Below, piece by piece: positions 6,889 through 16,766 of a stretch of DNA of 64,000 bases (positions within the stretch are counted from its first letter, which is position 1; each line of letters opens with the position of its first letter). The DNA lies in the IMG/VR virus record IMGVR_UViG_3300027969_000094. One strand, written 5' to 3'. Origin of the DNA: an uncultured virus (IMG/VR IMGVR_UViG_3300027969_000094). Taxonomy: Duplodnaviria; Heunggongvirae; Uroviricota; Caudoviricetes. Position numbers and translations under genes: made by a program. The notes under the pieces were generated by a model. That model was not told where the DNA came from. It made no database searches and saw only the letters and a program-made list of their open reading frames with translations.

Positions 6889-7962
6889 ATGAGCAAACTC
6901 AACTTCAATGCAACTGTAACCATCAACGAGTTACGTAAGACCATTCCCCTAATAGGTTCATCAATCACACCAATCATACTGTCCGAACCTGGATGTGGTA
7001 AGACTTCTCTCTTATCTATGATTCGTGAGGATTTGGGCGAGGGCTACGACTACATCTATGTAGACTGTCCTGTGAAAGATATGTCAGACATCGGTATGAC
7101 TATCCCCAACCATGCGAGCAAGTCACTAGAGTATTACGTGTCATCTCTCTTCAAGCTTGACTCTCCTAAACCAAAGGTCATCTTGCTTGACGAGTTCATG
7201 AAGTCACCCAAGCTATTGCAAGTTATCTTTACCCGTCTGATGTTGGAGAGAATGGTAGGTGACGTTCCACTACCAAGTGGATCGATAGTTTTCGGTACGT
7301 CAAACAATTCAAGCGATGGGGTAGGCGATACGATGTTGGCTCATGCTGGTAATCGTGTGTGCATTATGGAAATGAGTAAGCCGATTCCGAATGAATGGTT
7401 AGAGTGGGCATCGGCTAATGGTATCTCACGTGTTGTTCGTGCGTTCGTTGCGTTGTTCCCTCGTACCCTTGCATCGTATCGTGATGGCAATCAAGACGAC
7501 AACCCATACGTGTTCAACCCTAAAAAGACTCAACTCTCATTCTGTTCACCAAGGTCTCTCGCTAAGTGTGATGTCATTGTGAAGAATCGTGATGCGTTAG
7601 GTGAGAATGCAACGATGGTCGCTCTTGCTGGCACGATTGGCTTGGCTGGTGCTGGTGATATGTCAGCGTTCCTATCGCTAGAGAAGACTTTAGTAGATGT
7701 TAGGGACATCGTCAAAGATCCAGATGGCATTAAAGTTCCTGATGAAATATCAGCACAGTTGATGATTATGTTTCAAGCAGTAGATGTTCTCGAGACACAG
7801 GATGAGTTAACGAAGTTCATGAAGTTCGTTAATAAAGTTCCTAGTTCAGAGATTCAAGCGGTGTTCTTTACCATGATGATGCGTAACACCAAGGCAATCA
7901 AGTTGGCACGTAACAATATGCAGATTGCAGAGTGGGCTAAGAACAACCACGAATTGTTCTAA
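6889..7962 (+). CDS. MoxR-like AAA+ ATPase
   Basis: Walker A SEPGCGKTS, Walker B ILLDE, sensor TSN, SPRS motif. Confidence 0.85.
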   Translation: MSKLNFNATVTINELRKTIPLIGSSITPIILSEPGCGKTSLLSMIREDLGEGYDYIYVDCPVKDMSDIGMTIPNHASKSLEYYVSSLFKLDSPKPKVILLDEFMKSPKLLQVIFTRLMLERMVGDVPLPSGSIVFGTSNNSSDGVGDTMLAHAGNRVCIMEMSKPIPNEWLEWASANGISRVVRAFVALFPRTLASYRDGNQDDNPYVFNPKKTQLSFCSPRSLAKCDVIVKNRDALGENATMVALAGTIGLAGAGDMSAFLSLEKTLVDVRDIVKDPDGIKVPDEISAQLMIMFQAVDVLETQDELTKFMKFVNKVPSSEIQAVFFTMMMRNTKAIKLARNNMQIAEWAKNNHELF

Positions 7963-7990
7963 TTAGTTAACCATCATGGAGTGGAAAGCT

Positions 7991-8086
7991 ATGTTAGCAC
8001 TTGGATTATTTATGTGGGGTTTCACCATGTTTGCCATAGGCATCGTGGTGGGTTTTTTAATATGTTTAACGAGGACTAAGAAATGA
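7991..8086 (+). CDS. 31-aa transmembrane peptide
   Basis: Hydrophobic ORF with ATGA overlap into the next gene. Confidence 0.4.
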   Translation: MLALGLFMWGFTMFAIGIVVGFLICLTRTKK

Positions 8087-9408
8087 ATAACAAACAAGAA
8101 ATTAGATTGAAGAAGGCTCATATCGCCTTGATGAAGCATCCCGAGACTGCTCTCTATTCGGGCGTAATGCTGATGGGTAAGTCAGAGGTGAGTGATGAAT
8201 CCTTTACGGCATACACCGATGGTGTCAACAAGAGATACTCTAAACCATTCCTAGAGACTATCGACTGCGAACCCAAGTTGCGTGGTCTTGTCCTCCATGA
8301 GAATCTTCATGTGGCATTGAAACAAATCCCACGTGGCAAGGATATGTTCAAAGAAGATTCTAAGGTTGCAAATATGGCGGCGGATTTTGTAGTCAACGAT
8401 ATCATCTTCAACATCAAAGGAACTATTAGCGGAGGCAACGAGGCTATCGTTCAGCTACCCGAAGGTGCGTTGTATGACCCATTCTTTCACAACTGGAATA
8501 TGCGTGAAGTCTACAACCATATCCGCAAGGAGAATCCTGAGCGAAGTAAAGGTAAGGGTAGCTCAAGTGGCTCACCTAGTGATGACGGCGAACAAGGTGA
8601 TGGTGACGAAGATGAATCACAGAATAGTTCTCCATCACAGGGTGGAAAGCAAGATAGCAATAACAAGATCAAAGCTAATGGCAAAGAGTATGACATGGGC
8701 GGTGATGGTTTCGATGAGCATGACTGGGAATCATTTAAGGACATGACCCCCGAGGAAATCAAGGAATTGTCAGAAGGTATTGACAAGGCTTTGCGTGAAG
8801 GCGGTATGCTCGCTGGTCGGATGGGTGCGAAGATGCCACGTGCAATCGGCGAACTACTCGAACCCAAGATAGATTGGCGAGATGTTTTGCGTGACTTTGT
8901 TTCATCAGCTATGAAAGGCAAAGATGAGTTTACATGGCGACGCATGAACAAGCGTCAGATGGCTAATGATATGTATATGCCAAGCATGGAGAACGAAACC
9001 ATCGGCGAGGTCATCGTGGCGATTGATACGTCAGGCTCGATTGGTAGTGTAGAACTAACCGAGTTCGCTACGGAACTGGCATCGATTTGCGACCTTGTGC
9101 AACCCGAGGCTGTGCGTGTTTTGTGGTGGGACACGATGGTGCATGGCGAACAAGTCTTCAAGCCCGACTCATTCAACAACATCGGAGCATTACTTAAACC
9201 ATTGGGCGGTGGTGGTACTCACGTGAGTAGCGTGTCTCAATACATCGTTGAGAAGAAACTTAACGCAGAGTGTGTCATCGTGTTTACCGATGGTTACGTG
9301 GAGCATGACATCGAGTGGAATATCGTTCCACCTACCCTGTGGATGATTACTCAGAACAAGGGCTTGAATGTTCCATGCGGTAAGAAAGTCATGTTCGATA
9401 GGGAGTAA
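8083..9408 (+). CDS. Metallopeptidase-vWA domain protein (DUF2201-like)
   Basis: HExxH (LHENLH), acidic linker, MIDAS DTSGS, GGGT, FTDG. Confidence 0.85.
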   Translation: MNNKQEIRLKKAHIALMKHPETALYSGVMLMGKSEVSDESFTAYTDGVNKRYSKPFLETIDCEPKLRGLVLHENLHVALKQIPRGKDMFKEDSKVANMAADFVVNDIIFNIKGTISGGNEAIVQLPEGALYDPFFHNWNMREVYNHIRKENPERSKGKGSSSGSPSDDGEQGDGDEDESQNSSPSQGGKQDSNNKIKANGKEYDMGGDGFDEHDWESFKDMTPEEIKELSEGIDKALREGGMLAGRMGAKMPRAIGELLEPKIDWRDVLRDFVSSAMKGKDEFTWRRMNKRQMANDMYMPSMENETIGEVIVAIDTSGSIGSVELTEFATELASICDLVQPEAVRVLWWDTMVHGEQVFKPDSFNNIGALLKPLGGGGTHVSSVSQYIVEKKLNAECVIVFTDGYVEHDIEWNIVPPTLWMITQNKGLNVPCGKKVMFDRE

Positions 9409-9410
9409 TC

Positions 9411-9605
9411 ATGGGCGATGGAGGACTCTCACGAATTAAGCATGACCTAGTGAAAGACTTGATGGAGCAATATGGAAAAGGTGCGTATTCCTATGCTCTA
9501 GAAAGACTTATTTCGTATCAAAACAAAGGCGACGACATGGGTGAGAACCTATGGCGAACTGTAATTGCAGATTTAGATGAACACTTTAAAGGAGAAGGAC
9601 AATGA
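9411..9605 (+). CDS. Hypothetical protein
   Basis: GGAG RBS, coupled ORF. Confidence 0.6.
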   Translation: MGDGGLSRIKHDLVKDLMEQYGKGAYSYALERLISYQNKGDDMGENLWRTVIADLDEHFKGEGQ

Positions 9606-10624
9606 AAGCATTAACGTGGGACAGACTGACTGACATTAAAAATACTGTTAAGCCATACAGGGGGACAACCAATCGGTTTCCTGTTGGTGACAGGCGACAC
9701 AACCACAAAGACTTTATTGCCGAGGAACGTAATGGCGAGCAAGTGTATGTAATCCGTTATGGTTATGGGTGGGAGTGCAAAGATGACCACACTAAGGAGG
9801 AGTGGCTTGTTAACCAAAACACCAATCAACCTAACATCCACGAGCGGACTACTAACGGAGTCACCACCTATGAAAGTTATAGAACAATCCCTAGAGAGTT
9901 AGGCATCGTGCGTTCGGACAATACGTTCGAGTTCACACACTATAACTACGGACAGGGCGATAACATAATGCTTAGCAACTGGAGCAGAGGATACTTTTGT
10001 AGGAGTTCACGACATGGTGGAATGATATATAGAGCGAACGATATCTTCCATCCTATCTTCAAGGGCATGAGAGTTAACTGCGAGACGATGATGCCTCACA
10101 AGGATAGCGAGTACCAAGTTACTGGCAAGCGTGTAAGCCGTAAGGATGCTAAGGAGTTTCTTAACCGATACACAGACTTCTACCAAGTTAACGAAGTCAT
10201 GCTTAAGACGATGGAGTGGAAGGGTTACATGGAGACTGCGGTTGATGTAATGAAGTCATTAGACTTGACGACAGAAAACTGGTCTCTTATGCAAGACGAG
10301 AGGGACAAACTTATCAAGTTCGCTGATGAGAATCTAAATACTTGTCCACTAGATGCTGGAATCGCATTTGCCTTAGCGTATGACGTAATGAATACTTATT
10401 CAAGAGTTCGTGCGTTCGTAGACCCCAATGCGAGTAGCCACTATGTAAGAGAGGTAGAGTTGGATATTTTGTTCGCCAATATGAAACGCAAGCTGAACAA
10501 GGAGTTGTATAAGCGTAATCCATCGGTAATGAAACTCACAGAGTATGTACCAAACCAACCTTATCCGCCTAGCGAGTGGGGTATAGATATTACAGTCAAT
10601 GGCAAAGAAGTAGAACAACTATAA
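9602..10624 (+). CDS. Hypothetical protein (340 aa)
   Basis: Long ORF, RBS, ATGA overlap. Confidence 0.8.
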   Translation: MKALTWDRLTDIKNTVKPYRGTTNRFPVGDRRHNHKDFIAEERNGEQVYVIRYGYGWECKDDHTKEEWLVNQNTNQPNIHERTTNGVTTYESYRTIPRELGIVRSDNTFEFTHYNYGQGDNIMLSNWSRGYFCRSSRHGGMIYRANDIFHPIFKGMRVNCETMMPHKDSEYQVTGKRVSRKDAKEFLNRYTDFYQVNEVMLKTMEWKGYMETAVDVMKSLDLTTENWSLMQDERDKLIKFADENLNTCPLDAGIAFALAYDVMNTYSRVRAFVDPNASSHYVREVELDILFANMKRKLNKELYKRNPSVMKLTEYVPNQPYPPSEWGIDITVNGKEVEQL

Positions 10625-10634
10625 GGAGAAGTAA

Positions 10635-10823
10635 ATGAAAGACGGATTGTTTACTCAAAACCCTGAGTATCACGAAGGAACATTTATCGAAGAAGACGAT
10701 GATTTAATTCATTTTCTTATAGAACTTAGTGAAAGGCTGGCAGACGAATCAGACTACGACGAGTATTTAGCCCCAAAACTTTTAAGCGCAATCAAATTTT
10801 TAATAGGAGAAGACCATGAATAA
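10635..10823 (+). CDS. Small acidic hypothetical protein
   Basis: AAGGAG RBS. Confidence 0.65.
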   Translation: MKDGLFTQNPEYHEGTFIEEDDDLIHFLIELSERLADESDYDEYLAPKLLSAIKFLIGEDHE

Positions 10824-11754
10824 ACTAATCTACGAAGGATTTGAAACAGAAAACTTGGCAGCGGAGTTAGAGAACTCATCATGTAAGAGACTCATACAAG
10901 AACTAAACTTTAAGTATGGTCTCAAGGTAGTAGATAAAGTTGATCCCCATTCTCTAAGTCGTAGCAGTCCTATTAGTTTTTTACTTGCTGACCCCAATGG
11001 TTTTATGGTGGCGAAGGTGTGGACAGACAAGGAATGTGATGATGTTGTCTATAACTATCGCTCGCCTTTCTATAAGAAAGAACGTGGCTCTGACTCAGCT
11101 GACCGAGAGACTTTGCATAGTAAGAAACTCTCAACATTGATGGCAACTTTAAAACGCAATAATGTCGTTCCACCCCCTGATGGAATGATAAATAAGTATC
11201 CAGCAGATTCTTTTAATCAAGCCATAGGTTATATGGATTCTTATCATGGTCGAGATTACAAACAAAGTAATTTCTCAGCAGAGGAAATTCATACGATGCT
11301 CAAGGTAGTTTTACTAGGGGAAAGTCCTAGTGAATTAAATCTAAATAATTGTAAAGAAACACTTGACAAATGGGATAGTATGGATAGAATTAAGGCTAGA
11401 AAGCGTGAAGATATTGAACGCTTTTTTAATAGTGAATTTTACGCAATCGGTGCGGATAAGTTAAATCATTTAGTTATAGGTTCAGTTAAGCGTATGCCAA
11501 GACAAGCAACAGAACACTACTCTTTTGAAGTAGTCAAGCCGTTCAAACGCATGATGGAATTGCCTGACGAGTTTAAGGCAGTCATGCTGATGAACAAGGT
11601 TCATGCGGAAGGTAAGAATATTACTAGGTTCTACGCAAATACCATTCCATCCGACAATGGATACAACCCTGACCTCGATCTGATAAATGTTAATGGTCGT
11701 CACGTCGATGAGTTTAATTGCCAATGGACTCTAGTGCCATGCTCGGGAATTTAA
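10816..11754 (+). CDS. Hypothetical protein (312 aa)
   Basis: Long ORF with AGGAG RBS. Confidence 0.8.
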   Translation: MNKLIYEGFETENLAAELENSSCKRLIQELNFKYGLKVVDKVDPHSLSRSSPISFLLADPNGFMVAKVWTDKECDDVVYNYRSPFYKKERGSDSADRETLHSKKLSTLMATLKRNNVVPPPDGMINKYPADSFNQAIGYMDSYHGRDYKQSNFSAEEIHTMLKVVLLGESPSELNLNNCKETLDKWDSMDRIKARKREDIERFFNSEFYAIGADKLNHLVIGSVKRMPRQATEHYSFEVVKPFKRMMELPDEFKAVMLMNKVHAEGKNITRFYANTIPSDNGYNPDLDLINVNGRHVDEFNCQWTLVPCSGI

Positions 11755-12074
11755 GCCCAGTAGTTCATCAATATGATTTTGGTCTCTATCGTGTTCCTTT
11801 GCGTAAGGAAGGAAACTCCTACACCATCTTTGTTGCTGATGGATTTAATCGGGTATTCGATGAGGATACTTTACCTGATGAAGTCAAAACTAAGATGGCG
11901 ATGATACTGGCAAGTGCAAAACAAATCGTAACTGATGAGAAGGTAACGCAGTTGCAGTTAATGGCAACTACGGTGGACAACGAGTTTAGAGATGTGGGAT
12001 GGCGAGCAAGTGACAGTTGGTTTTGTATCATATTGTCTCTTGCGTCTCTAATGAAACTAAGAGGAGAAGACTGA
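11718..12074 (+). CDS. Hypothetical protein (start uncertain)
   Basis: ORF fills the gap between neighbours; TGATG overlap downstream. Confidence 0.65.
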   Translation: MPMDSSAMLGNLSPVVHQYDFGLYRVPLRKEGNSYTIFVADGFNRVFDEDTLPDEVKTKMAMILASAKQIVTDEKVTQLQLMATTVDNEFRDVGWRASDSWFCIILSLASLMKLRGED

Positions 12075-12364
12075 TGGCTACGACACCCGAGGGCAAAGTA
12101 AAGGACAAGATTAAGAAAGTTCTTAAGGAGAGAGGTATCTACTTTGTAATGCCAGCGACAGGAGGATACGGGTCAAGCGGTGCGCCCGATATTCTCGTAT
12201 GTCATAAAGGAATGTTCTATGGCATCGAGTGCAAGGCTGGTGATAACAAACCGACTGCGTTGCAGAAGGATAATTTAAATCGCATTGAAGATAATGGTGG
12301 CTATGCTTTTGTCATCAATGAAACTAATGTCGATGACTATATGAAAGTGCATTTCAATGATTAA
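12074..12364 (+). CDS. VRR-NUC / Holliday-junction-resolvase-like nuclease
   Basis: TPEGKVK...GAPD...IECK...PTALQ PD-(D/E)xK pattern. Confidence 0.8.
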   Translation: MATTPEGKVKDKIKKVLKERGIYFVMPATGGYGSSGAPDILVCHKGMFYGIECKAGDNKPTALQKDNLNRIEDNGGYAFVINETNVDDYMKVHFND

Positions 12365-12494
12365 GAAACAACCAACCCCAGTATTCCAATTAAAGCCTTA
12401 CAAGCCTGTACCTCACCCCATGCAACATCGCATAAGTGAGTTCAGAACGATACCAAGTCAAGTAACAGGGAGAAAAGATGAGAGCAAAAACTGA
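12357..12494 (+). CDS. Small hypothetical protein (45 aa)
   Basis: ORF overlapping both neighbours; not in ORF track. Confidence 0.4.
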   Translation: MIKKQPTPVFQLKPYKPVPHPMQHRISEFRTIPSQVTGRKDESKN

Positions 12495-12624
12495 ATTTGA
12501 AAACTGGATTGAAAGCGAGAAGTTTGTCAGTGCAGAAGGCGGACTCGAGGAGGCTTATACAACTGGCTTCAATCGGGCGATTGAGTTAATGGAAGAATTT
12601 TTAAAGGACAAACAAAGTGAATGA
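12478..12624 (+). CDS. Small hypothetical protein (48 aa)
   Basis: GGAG RBS; not in ORF track. Confidence 0.5.
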   Translation: MRAKTEFENWIESEKFVSAEGGLEEAYTTGFNRAIELMEEFLKDKQSE

Positions 12625-12808
12625 AAATGATTTAAGAGATTGCTTTGCTATGTTTGCATTGATGGGCTACATTGTAAAAAGAGATATAGACCCTCATATG
12701 TTTGAGACTTGCTACAACGTAGCTGATGCCATGATAAAGGCTCGCAATGCAAAAGATGAAACAGGAATTGTCGCAGTAAAACGTAGTTCAACTAAAAAGG
12801 AGAAGTAA
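12617..12808 (+). CDS. Small hypothetical phage protein (LRD.FA...ADAM..AR motif)
   Basis: AAGGA RBS, GTG start. Confidence 0.7.
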   Translation: MNENDLRDCFAMFALMGYIVKRDIDPHMFETCYNVADAMIKARNAKDETGIVAVKRSSTKKEK

Positions 12809-13345
12809 ATGAAGAAGTTAACCAAAACCACCAAAGTGTTACGCTATATCCGTAGTCATCCAAAGGCTCTTGCAAGTGAAGTAGCTAAAGCCGTTGGAGT
12901 TAGTGTCAATACTGTGTATCAAACTACATACAATGCTAAGAAGAAAGCTAAGTCATTACCAATGACGGCTCTTGCACCTAGCACCAATGCACCTAATGCT
13001 CAGATGTCTTTGAATCTATTTAGCGATCCACCCAAGCGTGGAAGACCATTTAAGCTGAAAACAAAACTTGGTACTTACACTAAAAAGAATCAAACTAGCC
13101 TTACAGAGATTCGTGATGGGCAAGTTCGTCTAGTAAAAGCTTTAACTGACAACGTCAATCACCCTCCACACTACAAGGCGGGCGGGATCGAGACTATCGA
13201 TTTCATCGAGGCAAAGTCTCTTAACTATAACCTTGGTAATGTAGTCAAGTACATCACACGTGCTGACCACAAAGGGAATAAGTTAGAAGATTTACAGAAG
13301 GCGCAATGGTATCTCGCTAGAGAACTTAAGAATCTAAGCAAGTAA
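12809..13345 (+). CDS. N-terminal HTH fused to DUF3310 (T7 gp1.7/SaV-like) domain
   Basis: ASEVAKAVGVS HTH; DNVNHPPHY..GGIETIDFI...GNVVKY..RA..K...EDL.KA.WYL. Confidence 0.75.
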   Translation: MKKLTKTTKVLRYIRSHPKALASEVAKAVGVSVNTVYQTTYNAKKKAKSLPMTALAPSTNAPNAQMSLNLFSDPPKRGRPFKLKTKLGTYTKKNQTSLTEIRDGQVRLVKALTDNVNHPPHYKAGGIETIDFIEAKSLNYNLGNVVKYITRADHKGNKLEDLQKAQWYLARELKNLSK

Positions 13346-13349
13346 CTCT

Positions 13350-13384
13350 TGGGGAGTTAGGCTTCGGCTTCGCTCCCTATTTTT
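13350..13384 (+). terminator. Probable terminator
   Basis: gggag...gc-ttcg-gc...ctccc followed by tattttt. Confidence 0.55.
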
Positions 13385-13416
13385 GTATCTATTAAATTTG
13401 TTATTTAAGGAATTAA

Positions 13417-15297
13417 GTGAACCTAATCACCCTAGATTTTGAGACGTACTACGCTCAAGATTACTCGTTAACTAAGCTAACAACTGAGGAATACATCAGG
13501 GATAGACGCTTTGAGGTTATCGGTGTTGCGGTTAAGGTCGGCGATGGTATCGCTGAATGGTTTTCTGGCTCACACCTTGACATCCAAAAATACCTTTCCA
13601 CGTACCCGTGGAACGATTCTGCTCTCCTTTGTCATAACACGATGTTTGATGGGGCTATCCTTGCATGGCGATTTGGCATCAAACCAAAGCTATATCTCGA
13701 TACTTTGTGCATGGGTAGGGCTACCAACGGTGTTGATGTGGGAGGCTCTTTAGCCTACCTATCTGAGCGTTACAAGTTAGGCAAGAAGGGTACAGAAGTC
13801 ATTGACGCTAAAGGTAAGAACATAACTGGTTTCTTAAATAGCGAGCTTGCCCAGTACGGCGAATATTGTAAGAATGATGTGGAGTTAACTTTTAAGCTCT
13901 TCCAAGTATTGTCGAGTGCGTTTCCAGCAGACGAATTACAACTAATTGATTTGACTTTGCGGATGTTTATTAATCCCATACTGGAGGTTGACGATGCTTT
14001 ATTGATTGAGCGTCTTGAAGAACTTAAAGATGAGAAGTTCAAGCTACTTGGAACGCTTAAAGAGAAGTTAGGATGCGAGCTTGAAGAAGACGTACGCAAG
14101 AAGTTAGCCAGTAATAAACAGTTTGCTCAAGTGTTAGAAGACTTTGGTATTGAAGTGCCAATGAAGGAAAGCAAGACTACTGGCAAGCTAACCTATGCGC
14201 TGGCAAAGAACGATACAGGATTCATAGCGTTAACAGAACACGAAGACCCATTCATCCAGCAACTCGCTGCGGTGCGTTTGGGAACTAAATCAACTATTGA
14301 AGAGTCAAGAATAGAGAGGTTCATAGATGTCGGTTCAAGGAACAAAGGTCGATTACCTATTCCGCTTAAATACTACGGGGCGCATACGGGTCGTTGGGCA
14401 GGGTCGGATAAGGTCAATTTCCAAAACCTACCGAGTCGTGACAAGAAGAAAAAAGCCCTTAAGAACGCAGTCGTTGCACCCGAAGGTTACGCGGTTATCA
14501 ACTGCGATTCGTCTCAAATTGAGGCACGTGTACTCGCTTGGCTTTCGGGTCAGGAAGACTTGGTTAAAGAGTTTGCCGATGGGGACGATGTTTACTCCAT
14601 CTTTGCGTCGAAGATATACGACTACGAAGTCACAAAGAAAAATCCCGTTGAAAGGTTCGTGGGTAAGACCTGCATTCTTGGACTGGGATACGGCACTGGC
14701 GCATTAAAGTTACAGCACACACTAAAGACTAGTCCGCCAGGCGCTGATCTCACTAAGGAGAAGTGTGACGAGATAGTTAAATTGTACAGAGACACTAACG
14801 ACATGATCGTTAAGTTATGGAGAGAAGGCGATAAGGCTTTAAAGTCCATGGCTGACTGGCAACCTGAGTTTGAGCCGTTTGACTATGGTATGCACGGGTG
14901 CGTAAAGGTAACTCAAGAAGGCTTTAAATTGCCAAACGGGTTATACATCCGCTACCCCGACCTCAAACTCAACACTGATGAAACTAAAAGCGGATACGAG
15001 TACAAGTCACGCAAAGGCCCCGTGTCTCTATGGGGTGGTTCTATTGTGGAAAACGTAGTTCAAGCTCTTGCACGGATCATCGTGGGCGAGCAGATGTTAA
15101 AACTTACCGAGCGTTATCGACCCGTGTTAACTGTTCACGACGCTGCGGTGTGTGTAGTACCCGAAGAAGACGTAGACGAGGCTTGTGCTTGGATCGTCGA
15201 GGTCATGTCAACACCACCAGACTGGGCTAAAGGACTGCCTGTGGCTTGTGAAGCTCAAGTCGGTAAAAATTATGGGGAGATGGAAGAATGGCGATGA
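13417..15297 (+). CDS. polA: Family A DNA polymerase with 3'-5' exonuclease domain
   Basis: ExoI DFET, HNTMFD, TGRW, NFQNLP, motif A DSSQIEAR, motif B KTCILGLGYG, motif C TVHD. Confidence 0.95.
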   Translation: MNLITLDFETYYAQDYSLTKLTTEEYIRDRRFEVIGVAVKVGDGIAEWFSGSHLDIQKYLSTYPWNDSALLCHNTMFDGAILAWRFGIKPKLYLDTLCMGRATNGVDVGGSLAYLSERYKLGKKGTEVIDAKGKNITGFLNSELAQYGEYCKNDVELTFKLFQVLSSAFPADELQLIDLTLRMFINPILEVDDALLIERLEELKDEKFKLLGTLKEKLGCELEEDVRKKLASNKQFAQVLEDFGIEVPMKESKTTGKLTYALAKNDTGFIALTEHEDPFIQQLAAVRLGTKSTIEESRIERFIDVGSRNKGRLPIPLKYYGAHTGRWAGSDKVNFQNLPSRDKKKKALKNAVVAPEGYAVINCDSSQIEARVLAWLSGQEDLVKEFADGDDVYSIFASKIYDYEVTKKNPVERFVGKTCILGLGYGTGALKLQHTLKTSPPGADLTKEKCDEIVKLYRDTNDMIVKLWREGDKALKSMADWQPEFEPFDYGMHGCVKVTQEGFKLPNGLYIRYPDLKLNTDETKSGYEYKSRKGPVSLWGGSIVENVVQALARIIVGEQMLKLTERYRPVLTVHDAAVCVVPEEDVDEACAWIVEVMSTPPDWAKGLPVACEAQVGKNYGEMEEWR

Positions 15298-16295
15298 TAG
15301 ATGCTGGAGGGAGAACTATTGACCCCCATTTATTAGAATCAAAAAAGTTATTTCCAGTAGCTTTGATTGGAGCAGAGGATACACACGCTAGTGTTAAAGC
15401 TGGGTTTCAAAATATTTTAGTAAAAAATAGAATATTGACTGCTTTTACTGACTATATTAAGTTGGCTAAAGAAGGTAAAGCCTATTCTAATATTGAATAT
15501 GCGGGGGAACATATCAGCGAGTGCATTACAGATTACCCTAAAGTAATCCTTGAGAATCATTTTGATAAAGACTATCAATTAATGTTATCTGATATTGAAA
15601 ATTTAGGTGAGATAAGACTACCTTTTCCCATGCTAACAATAATTACAGGGGAAAAAACTCACAACAACGATGAGACTATACACAATGAAGAATACGGAAT
15701 AATCCGAAGAGGTACTCGAGTTCTGCAAGACGGAACAATCAATTTGTTCAACGCATATTTTATGGTGCAAAGAGGCGATAAGGTATTGATACACGCTATC
15801 TTTAATAAACCTAATGCACGACAAAAATCCTACTATATTTGTTCGCTTTATCTTGGTGTAGAAAACGGAAAAATGCAACTATACGGTGTAGAAAATTATG
15901 ACGAGGCAGAGTTTAATGACCCCGACACCATAGGTACAATAGCCGCGCATGCAGTTATAGCTATTCATATGCTAACCCTATCAGGTGGAGACATTTATAT
16001 GGATGCTCCTACACCTGACCAAGCGGCGGTTAATAGAAAGCGTGTTAGCAAGGGTAAGAAGCCGTTGGTTGAGTTCCGACTAATTACAGTAGACACCAAG
16101 AAGAAAGATACCGAAGTTGTTATGCACCATGGTACTCATGCTTCACCCCGCCAGCATTGGAGACGTGGACATTGGAGGACTGCACCCAAGTCAGGTAAAC
16201 AAGTTTGGATTGATCCAATCTTAGTAGGCGACGAAAAGAACGGCAAGATTATTAAGGACTATGCGGTAGGACATTACGAGGAGAGAAGAGCATGA
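15288..16295 (+). CDS. Hypothetical protein with C-terminal HASPRQHWRRGHWR motif
   Basis: 335-aa ORF with GGAG RBS. Confidence 0.75.
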   Translation: MAMIDAGGRTIDPHLLESKKLFPVALIGAEDTHASVKAGFQNILVKNRILTAFTDYIKLAKEGKAYSNIEYAGEHISECITDYPKVILENHFDKDYQLMLSDIENLGEIRLPFPMLTIITGEKTHNNDETIHNEEYGIIRRGTRVLQDGTINLFNAYFMVQRGDKVLIHAIFNKPNARQKSYYICSLYLGVENGKMQLYGVENYDEAEFNDPDTIGTIAAHAVIAIHMLTLSGGDIYMDAPTPDQAAVNRKRVSKGKKPLVEFRLITVDTKKKDTEVVMHHGTHASPRQHWRRGHWRTAPKSGKQVWIDPILVGDEKNGKIIKDYAVGHYEERRA

Positions 16296-16756
16296 AAGCG
16301 TTTATTTTCTGCGTAGGCCTGCTGTGTTCGAGCGTTAATGCTCAAGAGATGGCGGTCAATGCTATGCCATTAGATAACCCGACAGGCTCAACTTGCAAGC
16401 TAGTCATGGCTGAGTACCGTGCTGGGTCAGTCGTTATGTATACGGGTAAATGTGGTTGGAACGGTCTGTACGGCATTGCTGGGTATGTACAGGCATGGAA
16501 TCACAGTAACCATATAAAGATTGTTAGAGGTATGTTTAGCAATGGTAAGGCAGTTTCATGGACAAAAGTTACTTACATCAACAAGGTTAATAGAACTATT
16601 GAAACTTATGAAGAAGATGAGTGGATAACCAACAATAGGAAGACTCATAACTTTGATGACAGGGAGACTGATGCCCGTCAAGCTGGGTTGTATTTAAATT
16701 TTAATAAAGCGGAGTCGTTGTTTAAGTTTGCAAATTACATTGACATACATGAATAA
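16292..16756 (+). CDS. Putative exported protein
   Basis: N-terminal signal-peptide-like MKAFIFCVGLLCSSVNA. Confidence 0.65.
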   Translation: MKAFIFCVGLLCSSVNAQEMAVNAMPLDNPTGSTCKLVMAEYRAGSVVMYTGKCGWNGLYGIAGYVQAWNHSNHIKIVRGMFSNGKAVSWTKVTYINKVNRTIETYEEDEWITNNRKTHNFDDRETDARQAGLYLNFNKAESLFKFANYIDIHE

Positions 16757-16766
16757 GGAGAAGTAC

